DNA of 32,000 nucleotides from Verrucomicrobiota bacterium (GTDB taxonomy: Bacteria; Verrucomicrobiota; Verrucomicrobiia; Opitutales; LL51), in the NCBI GenBank assembly GCA_021294815.2, contig CP095464.1, forward strand, positions 30,001 through 62,000. Direction: 5' to 3'. The position numbers and the translations under genes are program-made. The notes beneath the pieces are model-generated. The model worked only from the letters and a program-made list of their open reading frames with translations, did no database searches and was not told where the DNA came from. This document shows positions 9,420 to 19,000 of the stretch, piece after piece (positions within the stretch are counted from its first letter, which is position 1; every line of letters begins with the position of its first letter).

Positions 9420-10880
9420 ATGGATTCACTTTTTTATCAGTCTGCCAACGCGTTATCGGAGCAGCTCGCGCTCGGAAAAATCTCTTCCGTTGAACTGACT
9501 CAAGAATTTCTGCGTCGCATTGATGCGGTCGAGCCCAAGGTACAGGCGTTTCTTAGCATTGATCGCGAAAAATCACTCGCGGAGGCAAAGGCCTCGGACC
9601 AGCGCCGCGCACAAAAGGCAACCCTAGGTCCTTTAGATGGTATCCCCGTTGGAATCAAAGATCTGATTGCCGAAAAAGGACAGCCCCTGACGTGTGCCAG
9701 TAAAATTTTGGAGCATTACATCAGTCCGTATGATGCGACAGCTGTCGAAAAGCTCCATGCCGCGGGCGCGGTTTTATTAGGTCGACTGAATATGGATGAG
9801 TTTGCGATGGGTTCTTCTACGGAAAGCTCGGCATATCATAAAACCTATAACCCTTGGAACTTAGCGCATGTTCCAGGCGGTAGTGGCGGTGGTAGTGCGG
9901 CCGCTGTAGCTGCAGGTGAATTACCCTTAGCGCTCGGCTCTGATACCGGAGGCTCTGTTCGGCAGCCGGCCGCTTATTGTGGTATTTACGGGTTAAAGCC
10001 TACATATGGCTTAATTAGCCGCTATGGTCTCTCGGCGCTGACAAGTTCCACGGATCAGATTGGCCCCAATGCGCGTGAAATCCGTGATCTTTGCTTGTTA
10101 TTACAGGTACTTGCGGGTCATGATGATCGCGATTCGACAAGTTATCCTGCCGATATTCCAAATTATCTTCAAAGCCTCGAAAATACCCAGCCTTGTCTTA
10201 TCGGGATTCCTAAAGAGTATTTTGGCGAAGGTCTTTCTGCCGAGATTCGAGAATCTATTGAAGCCGCCATCGCATTTTACCGGCAAAAGGGCTACACGAT
10301 TGTCGACATCACTTTACCGCATACGCGTTATGCAATTCCCGTATACTATGTCGTTATGACGGCAGAGGCTTCTTCGAATCTTGCACGCTTTGACGGCATC
10401 CGCTATTCGCACCGCAGTGCCGAAGCGACAAATGCGATCGATATCTATTTAAAATCCCGGGAAGAAGGCTTCGGCCCCGAGGTTAAACGTCGAATTTTGT
10501 TGGGAACCTTCGCACTGAGTAGTGATCATCGTGACGCCTACTACATGCGCGCTCAAAGAGTTCGTACGCTGATCCAGAGGGATTTTCTACAGGCCTTTCA
10601 AGATGTCGATGTGATCTTAACGCCAACAGCCCCATCAACAGCTTTTAAATTCGGTGCCAAATCAAGCGATCCGCTGCAAATGTATTTGGAGGATATTTGT
10701 ACGGTTTCGGCAAGTCTTGCGGGGTTCCCGGCATTAGCGGTTCCATGCGGTTTTGGAGAAAATAACCTCCCAATTGGGTTTCAACTTATTGGTAACTTTT
10801 TCCAAGAGTCCGCCCTACTTGCGACGGCCCACATTTTTGAGCGCGAACATGCCTATGTTCGAAACCACCCCGAATTATAA
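9420..10880 (+). CDS. gatA: Glutamyl-tRNA(Gln) amidotransferase subunit A
   Basis: Amidase signature GGSGGGSAAAVAAGELPLALGSDTGGSVRQPAAYCG. The N-terminal GIPVGIKD and the 486-aa length also fit. Confidence 0.92.
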   Translation: MDSLFYQSANALSEQLALGKISSVELTQEFLRRIDAVEPKVQAFLSIDREKSLAEAKASDQRRAQKATLGPLDGIPVGIKDLIAEKGQPLTCASKILEHYISPYDATAVEKLHAAGAVLLGRLNMDEFAMGSSTESSAYHKTYNPWNLAHVPGGSGGGSAAAVAAGELPLALGSDTGGSVRQPAAYCGIYGLKPTYGLISRYGLSALTSSTDQIGPNAREIRDLCLLLQVLAGHDDRDSTSYPADIPNYLQSLENTQPCLIGIPKEYFGEGLSAEIRESIEAAIAFYRQKGYTIVDITLPHTRYAIPVYYVVMTAEASSNLARFDGIRYSHRSAEATNAIDIYLKSREEGFGPEVKRRILLGTFALSSDHRDAYYMRAQRVRTLIQRDFLQAFQDVDVILTPTAPSTAFKFGAKSSDPLQMYLEDICTVSASLAGFPALAVPCGFGENNLPIGFQLIGNFFQESALLATAHIFEREHAYVRNHPEL

Positions 10881-10898
10881 AAGGCTTTTACCGAGAAT

Positions 10899-10928
10899 AA
10901 AAAACGCCCGCAGGTGCGGGCGTTTTTT
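10899..10928. terminator. Bidirectional Rho-independent terminator between convergent gatA and greA
   Basis: A perfect 8-bp GC-rich stem ACGCCCGC (10904-10911) / GCGGGCGT (10916-10923) has loop AGGT. It is flanked by an A5 run (10899-10903) and a T5 run (10924-10928). It lies 18 nt after the gatA stop and 7 nt after the greA stop. Confidence 0.85.
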
Positions 10929-10935
10929 GTGTAGA

Positions 10936-12804
10936 CTACATACAGTCCACGTAACGTGCAATAGATTCGATTTTCCATGCTGAGGTTTTGTCGCCGATCT
11001 TAACCTCGACTTCATCACCAAGTGTTCGCGAAAGCAATGCGTGTGCCAGTGGTGTTTTGTAGGAAAGAATATTGCTGTCCGGGTCGCTATCCCAAGCTCC
11101 GAGAATCGCGTACTCTGCCTGCTCATTAGAAGCCACAGAACGTAGACGAACGACCGTACCGATACCGACCGCATCATTGCTTGCCTCCGCAAAATCAAAG
11201 ACTTGTGCCCGTTTGAGATCGGTCTCCAATTGGTCACGGCGCGAAAATAGAATTTCCTGGTCTTGGCGTGCCATCTTGTACTCGGAGTTTTCGCTCAAAT
11301 CACCGTGCTCACGCGCAATCTCGATCGCTTTCTTATTAGCTGGAATCTTTTCATTGATGAGCGATTCGTACTCTTTTTTCTTCGCATCGAAACTCTCCTG
11401 TGAAACAATGAGCGACAAATCGGCACCAGGATGTTCGACAATTTTTTCCGAAATCAGGGACTGGAGCGAGGGGAATTCCTTAATAAAACGCGCAAAGAGG
11501 AGTTTTTTCGTTAATGCATCAAACCACTGATTTTGCATGAGCATTTGACACAAATCACGCGCATTTTCTTCACTCGCATCCGACAAAAGATCGCGAATCA
11601 GATTCCGATCCTCGCTGACAAGTTCCGCCAACGGGATACGTTTTGAAGAAGTATTGGCAAGGGCATCCGCATCGATTGCAAGAAAAATAGCCTTCAGAAG
11701 TTGATACCCAATGAGTTTTTCGGAGATGACCTCCGCAAATTTCCGTACGTGACGGTTCTTGATAATCCAGTGAAGAATGGGCGACTTCAGTGAACGTTCG
11801 TTGAGCCAACGGACAAAACAGTCACGCAAAAACTCATGACAGCCACGCTCACAGAGAAATAGGACACACTCATTGGTAAATTTTCCCCGACTATTGCGCA
11901 ACAAGTTCGCACAGCGGCTTTCCCACTCATCAGGAAACGCATAAGTCACTAACAACAAAAATCGATCGTAATAGGAAGGCAGAAGCTCTTCAACCAACTT
12001 ACCTAAATTATTGCAATCGCGAATAATCGATTCGGGCGTCGGCTCAAAATACTCTGTATCATCACCTGTGATCTCCGCTAAATCATTACGCACCCAGCAA
12101 CAAACAAGCTGCTGTGCTGTCGAAAGCCGCTTATCGTTTGACGTCAAAATCGCACTAAGATCTTCGACGATGCGTTTAATCTCGTCGGCAATTGCTTCTT
12201 GATGTTCGGGCGATAAAGTGAGAATTTTAGCCGCAATCTCAATTTTTTTAGTGGGGTCTTTGTAAATTTGAAGTTGCTCGAGAATATCATCCTCTACGCT
12301 CACGGGCTGTTCACGTAAGGTATAGGTATTGGAACGCTTCGATGATGCGATAATCAACGGATCCTTCGTCAGTAATTTCTTAGTATTTGTCCACCAGCGC
12401 CGAAAACCGCTCTCGCCAATAATACGCTTAAAGACAAACTCGATTTCACTGAGCGCAAGCTCCTTACGTGGATTTTCCTCAATAAGGGCACGCAGCACTT
12501 CTAATGGCTCTTTTTTGACATGCTCCACGATCTCTTGTGGGCGATCGTGAAACTGGACGAGTATATGATCTTGCGGCAAAATCTCGAGCTTTCGTGCGCA
12601 AAAAACCGGGTCCATCGCGCGCTCTGTTTCATCCTCAAAAACGATTTTTAACTTGTTCGTTGAGGCATCATAGGAATGAATCTTTCCTAGTCCCCAACTA
12701 TGGTGTACACAATAAACCCCTTCGTCGATTCGCTCTAATTTTTCTAGTTCTCGATCGAGGAGCGGTTGTTTACGAGCGATTTGCTCGGTTATCGTCTTAT
12801 CCAT
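10936..12804 (-). CDS. greA: Transcription elongation factor GreA, long form with a ~465-aa N-terminal extension
   Basis: The C-terminal ~155 aa is a complete GreA: AREHGDLSENSEYKMARQDQ (acidic-tip motif) followed by the globular domain AEYAILGAWDSDPDSNILSYKTPLAHALLSRTLGDEVEV. The N-terminal part has no motif I can assign firmly. A GGAG lies 11 nt upstream of the ATG. Confidence 0.8.
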   Translation of the reverse strand: MDKTITEQIARKQPLLDRELEKLERIDEGVYCVHHSWGLGKIHSYDASTNKLKIVFEDETERAMDPVFCARKLEILPQDHILVQFHDRPQEIVEHVKKEPLEVLRALIEENPRKELALSEIEFVFKRIIGESGFRRWWTNTKKLLTKDPLIIASSKRSNTYTLREQPVSVEDDILEQLQIYKDPTKKIEIAAKILTLSPEHQEAIADEIKRIVEDLSAILTSNDKRLSTAQQLVCCWVRNDLAEITGDDTEYFEPTPESIIRDCNNLGKLVEELLPSYYDRFLLLVTYAFPDEWESRCANLLRNSRGKFTNECVLFLCERGCHEFLRDCFVRWLNERSLKSPILHWIIKNRHVRKFAEVISEKLIGYQLLKAIFLAIDADALANTSSKRIPLAELVSEDRNLIRDLLSDASEENARDLCQMLMQNQWFDALTKKLLFARFIKEFPSLQSLISEKIVEHPGADLSLIVSQESFDAKKKEYESLINEKIPANKKAIEIAREHGDLSENSEYKMARQDQEILFSRRDQLETDLKRAQVFDFAEASNDAVGIGTVVRLRSVASNEQAEYAILGAWDSDPDSNILSYKTPLAHALLSRTLGDEVEVKIGDKTSAWKIESIARYVDCM

Positions 12805-12941
12805 CTCGTCTATTTCTCCGCGCCTAGTTTCTTATCTCGTAGGCACCGCTGTCAATTATTTTCTAATTTTCATGCAATTCTCAAGCCTTATCATTCGGTC
12901 GCTACTTTTCAAATTAACGAATTTTTTTATGCTTAAAAACG

Positions 12942-13676
12942 ATGGGAATGACGCTACAGCGTTTTTTAGACTATATATTCCCGCGTTATTGTTGCTTTTG
13001 CGGCGAACATCTCCGACAATCAAATTTTCGATATCTTTGCGATGCCTGTGCTGCGCGACTTATTCCTATTCGTGAACCTATCTGTAAGCGCTGTGGGCAT
13101 CCATTAACTTTCGATGCTTCCTGCCCTCGCTGTGCACGTTATACTTTTGATTTTGAACAACTGCGCTCAGCATTCCCTATCACTCGCTATAGCCGGCAAC
13201 TCATTCACAACCTGAAGTACAAAAACCAAACTCATCTCGCTTCCGATTTGGCACGGCTCATGCTTTGCAATCCCCTCATGAAAGATTTTCTGCAAGGCAG
13301 TATTTTAGTCCCCGTCCCACTCCATTGGCGACGCCATTTTTGGAGAGAATACAACCAAAGCGAGCTCCTGGCACGTGCACTGGCGGCCATAGAATCTTCA
13401 ATTTCCATAAAACTTTTATTGAAAAAAACTCGCCACACCCATCCGCAGGTAGGGCTTCATTCCCAAGCGCGCCAACAAAACGTTAAAGGATCTTTTCGGC
13501 TGAATACGAAGATCCACGTCGATCGACAGGTTAAAGTGATTGTACTCGATGACGTCCTAACAACGGGAGCAACGATCAATGAGTGCTGTCAAACACTCAA
13601 ACAAAACGGCTTTCAACACGTTTACGCGGCGACTTTTGCGCAAACCGTCCGTTTTAAAAACTCGTCTCTTTATTAA
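12942..13676 (+). CDS. comF: ComF-family protein (phosphoribosyltransferase domain with N-terminal zinc ribbon)
   Basis: There are four CxxC pairs (CCFCG, CDAC, CKRCG, CPRC) and the PRTase motif VIVLDDVLTTGATINEC. Confidence 0.8.
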   Translation: MGMTLQRFLDYIFPRYCCFCGEHLRQSNFRYLCDACAARLIPIREPICKRCGHPLTFDASCPRCARYTFDFEQLRSAFPITRYSRQLIHNLKYKNQTHLASDLARLMLCNPLMKDFLQGSILVPVPLHWRRHFWREYNQSELLARALAAIESSISIKLLLKKTRHTHPQVGLHSQARQQNVKGSFRLNTKIHVDRQVKVIVLDDVLTTGATINECCQTLKQNGFQHVYAATFAQTVRFKNSSLY

Positions 13677-13696
13677 ATTTTTACATTATCAATTCT

Positions 13697-14662
13697 ATGG
13701 CATCTGCCCTCGTTGGTTTTGATGGTTTTGTGGATCATATTTTCCAAGTTGTCGATCAGCGCCATGGTACGGGTCAGGATTTTCAAAAAGTCCGTTCAAT
13801 TTCTGCTTTTGCCCAGCGCATTACCCGTGCTGCCGGGAAAAGTACCAACATTGAACTCTACCCCATCGAGACAAGAATAGGTGGCAATGGGCCAATTCTC
13901 GCCAATGCACTTGCGACCTATGGTCTTCACGTTGATCTTATCGGAACGCTCGATCACCCGATTTTCCAAACGCTATCCTCCAAAATCCAGCAATATTCGC
14001 TAGGTGTTCCTGGGATCACGAATGCGCTTGAATTCGACGACGGCAAACTGCTTTTAGGCGTTACGCAACCCATGGACGCGGTTACGCGGTCCTGTGTATT
14101 TGAGATTCTACCGCCTTTAACGCATGATCTCTTCTGCTTCACGAACTGGACGATGATTGTCCAGATGAATGATATTATCCAAAAACTCTTACCACAACTG
14201 CCACAAAACGCACTTTGTTTCTTTGACCTTGCCGACCCAGAAAAACGCTTTCCCAAGGATCTCTTACAGCTCTTTGAAATTGCCCCCCATCCTCACATGA
14301 TACTGGGCCTCAACCGCAAGGAAGCGGAACATATTTTATCGATTCTCCATAAAAATACCGACGCGGAGCTTACAGTTATGGCTAGCACAATTCAAAAACA
14401 CCTTCCCTTCCAAGAAGTTTTTATCCATGACACACGTTCTTGCGCGGCGAGTAATGGCGAGATGGACGCCTTTATCGACGGAATTACCGAAAACTTTTAC
14501 GTCGAATCCCCCAAAACAACAACCGGTGCCGGCGACCACTTCAATGCGGGTTATCTCACCGCGCGTCTCCAAGAACAATCACTCATCAAAGCCCTCCATC
14601 GTGGCTTTCAAATCTCCAGCCACTTTGTCCGCACAGGCGAATGTCTATCTCCTAGCGAGTAA
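13697..14662 (+). CDS. Ribokinase/PfkB-superfamily sugar kinase, substrate unknown
   Basis: It has the GG switch TRIGGNGPILANALATYG and the C-terminal catalytic motif TTGAGDHFNAGYL. Its 3' end overlaps the convergent MalQ-like gene by 18 nt. Confidence 0.6.
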   Translation: MASALVGFDGFVDHIFQVVDQRHGTGQDFQKVRSISAFAQRITRAAGKSTNIELYPIETRIGGNGPILANALATYGLHVDLIGTLDHPIFQTLSSKIQQYSLGVPGITNALEFDDGKLLLGVTQPMDAVTRSCVFEILPPLTHDLFCFTNWTMIVQMNDIIQKLLPQLPQNALCFFDLADPEKRFPKDLLQLFEIAPHPHMILGLNRKEAEHILSILHKNTDAELTVMASTIQKHLPFQEVFIHDTRSCAASNGEMDAFIDGITENFYVESPKTTTGAGDHFNAGYLTARLQEQSLIKALHRGFQISSHFVRTGECLSPSE

Positions 14663-16015
14663 GCGTTTGCAAACTTCATCGGAAATTTGTGACCATTCGA
14701 AGCGCCATGAAAATAATTCTCCAGGCGAAAGCTTCAGACCTAAAAGATCCGGTAGCGTCGTCATTAACGCTCCCGCATGCGTTTTTCGTAAAAACTCCTC
14801 AAGGGATTTAGGAACTGTGCCACTCGGTGTCACATAATGACTCGTATAGACAATGTTGCGCGGACTGTAATGTGATTTTTGATCATTTAAGGATAAAACC
14901 GCACTACCAAGCTCCAGTTGTCGAATCGCACGATCTTCAATAAGTTTTTGTTCGAAAAAATCACTCGCGATGAAATTATTCGTCTGCAGGGCTTCGCGAA
15001 CACTCAAGAAAAGCTCTTGATCACCGGTTGGGACTCGTCGATGTCCCGAATCATTTACTCCGAATTCATCGCACTCAAAGAACATGTGAAAGTGTTCTAA
15101 ATTTACAAGGTCGACGTTTTGCAACTCCCGACGGAAACGATTGATCCAAAAGCGGTAGCGATCCGCCTTAATCCGCGACCACCGGTACTGCGGTGCCTGA
15201 AAAATTTTTCCCTCTGGGAGTAACTTCGATAATAGTAGTCCGGGCGCCGCCTGGATCACTCCTTCATGATCAACGAAAAATAAATCCGGATTACTCCAAA
15301 CTTCATAACTATCGTGCGCAACCGATACCGGTACCGAAAGAATCATTCGAATGCCTGCGTAGTTGGCTGCACTGCGGACACGTTCCCAGTGACGTGCCAG
15401 GAGGAACTGTAAAATTTCATGGTGCAAGACGGGCTCACGAAGCTGCTTTTGTGTCTTTTCCAATGATACAGGATCCCCTTGCCGTAACGCCTCCGGCCAA
15501 GCATACCATGGTGTTTGTAGTTCATCCTGCAACGTCCGAAAGAGCGCAAATCGCCCAAGCCAGCGCTGATTAAATTTTTTAAAACGCATAAAAGCCGCTA
15601 ACAACTCAGCAGACGCCTTTTCGTTAAAAACGTTGGCTACTTCTGATAATAATACACGTCGGCACTGTAGGATTTCCGTTCGCGACTTTTTTTCGATTTG
15701 TTGTTTAAAATCCTCTAACCGTTCGGGTGCTACTAGTCCTTCATCACGTAACCAGGCAAAAGAAATTAAATCCGTATTCCAACCATAGGAGGTATTGGCA
15801 AAAAAGCGTTCAAAATCTACAGTTTCGCGAAGGGATAAAAGATGCCATAAGCGTTGGCCCGTTTCATTGAGAAACCGTATCCATTTAAGTGCATGAGGAC
15901 CAAGTTCACCAATTCCATATGATCCCGGTAACGAGGGAATATCGAGGAGTATACCCGTCTCTCCGTGAAAAAGTTTACAACGATCCTCAACACAGCGGCC
16001 TCCTCCCCAATCCAT
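14645..16015 (-). CDS. GH77 4-alpha-glucanotransferase (amylomaltase/MalQ) homolog, catalytic residues not conserved
   Basis: It is colinear with amylomaltase: GILLDIPSLPGSYGIGELGP, AHDSYEVWSNPDLF, PQYRW, VYTSH and SWRFEW. The catalytic boxes instead read NLEHFHM, IASDFF and YTSHYVT (see findings). Confidence 0.7.
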   Translation of the reverse strand: MDWGGGRCVEDRCKLFHGETGILLDIPSLPGSYGIGELGPHALKWIRFLNETGQRLWHLLSLRETVDFERFFANTSYGWNTDLISFAWLRDEGLVAPERLEDFKQQIEKKSRTEILQCRRVLLSEVANVFNEKASAELLAAFMRFKKFNQRWLGRFALFRTLQDELQTPWYAWPEALRQGDPVSLEKTQKQLREPVLHHEILQFLLARHWERVRSAANYAGIRMILSVPVSVAHDSYEVWSNPDLFFVDHEGVIQAAPGLLLSKLLPEGKIFQAPQYRWSRIKADRYRFWINRFRRELQNVDLVNLEHFHMFFECDEFGVNDSGHRRVPTGDQELFLSVREALQTNNFIASDFFEQKLIEDRAIRQLELGSAVLSLNDQKSHYSPRNIVYTSHYVTPSGTVPKSLEEFLRKTHAGALMTTLPDLLGLKLSPGELFSWRFEWSQISDEVCKRLLARR

Positions 16016-16057
16016 GGACTCTAGTCAATTTTTTTTAGAGCCCACGGCAATCGAAAA

Positions 16058-19000
16058 TCACAGAACCATCGGATCGGCACCAATTGTTCCCTCGATGTCA
16101 TGCAGGTACTGGTCAGACGTGAGGTATTTGAGTTGTTCGTAGCAGTCATGGACACGTTTACGGATCCGCATAGAACGCGTGTAACTGGCATTGGCCTTTT
16201 GAGCGATAAATGCCCGCATCCGACGAATACAGCGATGTAGATGGAGGACCCGAATTTTTTGACACGCTAGTAAACGTTCGTGATACCAATCACTTGCTAA
16301 AATTGTTTTCCGATCAAACAATGCCCGGAAAGCTGGATCGTGCAGTTTCATTCCTTGATATTCACCATAAGCCATCACGTGGAGCAGTGCGAGCACCGGC
16401 GGACAGGCATACCGAATCGTATGATCATCAAAAAAACGTAGTGCCGCGCGTCGATGCGCATCCACGATATTTTCGATACTATCGACAAAGACTGCCATAT
16501 CTTGTTGTTCCGGTTGGAGCATAGCTTCTGGGAAAACGGTTTCCGGTGAGGTTAAAATTCTTCCGAGAAAGGTCGTTACAAACTTCCGATTAATACGGTA
16601 TCCTAAGCGTCCAGCCTCGACGTGTTTCCCTTGGTAGTCGAAATCCTTACAGCGCTCTAAATAGCCACCTTCAATAAGACAACGTGGATCGCGTTCTTCC
16701 GGACGCATACGGCTAAAGATTTCCGGAATTAGGTAAGAAATATCATGTCCAACCTTGATTTTAGGTCCGATCATACCAGCCGACGAAATAAATCCCTCGT
16801 AACCGCTGACGACAAAACTTAAAAACGCGTTATTGAGATCGACAATTTGGCTAATCGCATTGAACGGACCTTTTGTCATCACACCTTCTAAACCGGCACC
16901 GGTCGTTGAGGGTGATTTCCCGGTCATATTGGAAGCAAATTCCATAAACAATTCGGGCAATTCGAGATAATGAAGTGGATTGTGGACAGACAGTGGCCGA
17001 ATTCCCGGTTCTGGCGGATTATTCCGTCGTCCTGCGATCACCGCATCCGCGGCAAAATATACCGGCATTTCAGCACGAAGACCTCGTGCGAGCCGCATGC
17101 CCATCTCGGTAAGATACATCGTCCGCGCTTCGGTAATATCTTTGCGATCCTGTAAATAACGCATGTTACTACTCAATGAGCCATCAGGCATAACGCGTTG
17201 CTGCGAGGGACAAACAACATATTTCGGCGCGTGAGGGTCTTCCAAAAATTGTTTTAAAAATGTCTGCATCGGCGGCGTATACCGGGAAAATTGGATGCTA
17301 TTATCGACAATCTTTTGGACATCATCTTTGGTTAACGGCTTATAATTGCAGATAAAGGTATCATCCCAGGTCATTTCGCGCTCGGCCTCATGATCGTATC
17401 CGGGATCAATGGCATCATCGGGGCGCTGATAGAGGCGATATTCGCAATTTTCGACAAATTTCACGGAATCATACGGCTTTTCAAGTCCTGGTAACTGACG
17501 CACCGGTACGGTAACGCTTGCCGTAATATCGTCTTCCATCGAAATTTTTCGCGCCGAACGGAAATCTTCGCGCAAGGAGAATAGATTCCAAGAATGATCG
17601 GAACGGACGCCTATCCGCAAATAATGCGCAACCACTTTTTGGTTGAGATATTTGAGCTCATGGCCGGCCATTCCATTGACGAGGTCAACAGAAAAATGCG
17701 ATTTCCAATCACTCCCCCAGCTCTCGCGATAATGGAGTTTTATTAAATAAATAAGTTCACGGATATTGGGCGAAACCGTTGTCAGCCAGCGATTATATTC
17801 GTCCGTTTGCTCATCGCTCTGCTGGAACATCTTAATAATCGATCCCAAAGAACGTCGGCGATCGAGAATTTTCAACGTCTTTTTCGAACGATCTTTATAG
17901 CGGTTTGAAAAGTCCATGTTGAGGATTTTATCAACCTCGTCGCAGTCTTTTTCAAAATCAACAATCACCGCGCTCCCAACGGAAATGTTATCGTCAATAG
18001 ACTTCGAGATTTCTGATTTTCCTCCTCCTGAAACTGTTGATGGTTTGTGACAAAAAATACCCTCACCTACGGTTCCAATGAGTTGCCATTGTCCTGAATG
18101 GGGATTCTTTTGGAGCTCCACCTGATAGCCATTGGGCAACACATAAGTCCAATTCGGAACAATCCGTAACATCATGTTTTTCCACGTGATTTGCTGTTCT
18201 TTGGCGGAAAAATGAGCGTCTTCGGGGACATAAAGAATGTCGGAATATTGGCGATCTACCCCATAGCCTTCCTTTTTAAAATCAATTTTATCCGCATACT
18301 GAGAACATAGGGCCGAAAAGGACTGGTTCGATGGCGCAATGTAATCCATCTGGAAATCATCGCCGAGGTTATAACGTGGATTGGCTAAAGTTCCCCCGGA
18401 GTGTTCCTCTTCACAAAGTCCATAAAGGTTCGCCGAATAACTCATCTGCGTCTTAATTTCCTTTTTGCCGTAACCGTTGTAGCTGTCCGCAATGATGGAA
18501 AAAATCACACCGCTCTTATCACGCGCCATGACTTTAAAGGGCTTCCCATTGTGATAAATTTCATCTTCGTGTTCCCAGCACATACCGTCGCGGCGTTGGC
18601 GTTCCGTCGCCTCGGAAATATGCGGTAATCCCAGTTCCTTTTTCGTCAACTTAGTTAGGTGTGGCGCAACAATAATACAACCTGTATGCCCCGTCCAACG
18701 TTCGGGATCGAGCGCGGGATCATTTTCAGGCGACATCGGTGAACCCGCATTGCCAAAAATACTTTCCGCCATATCTAAAAAATTGACGAGCGAACCGGGT
18801 ACAAAAAACCTTATTTCCATGCGCTTTTCGCAACAATAGTTCGGTACCGCAGGACAAACTATGGGCTTTAAATATCCAGAAACAAAGGTGTAGGCCTTCT
18901 GCCGCTGGGTTGCGGTAAACGGAAGCTCCAACAGATTCTTCGGAGGATGACAGGCATACGCTAAAAGTCGCACAAAGGTCAATTTCGGGACTTCAATTTT

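Noticed and set aside
16016-16057. A short hairpin (CTCTA...TAGAG) between the 1144-aa gene and the MalQ-like gene.
   Set aside because: The stem is only 5 bp with a 12-nt T-rich loop. It is too weak to call a terminator, and the genes are more likely co-transcribed.
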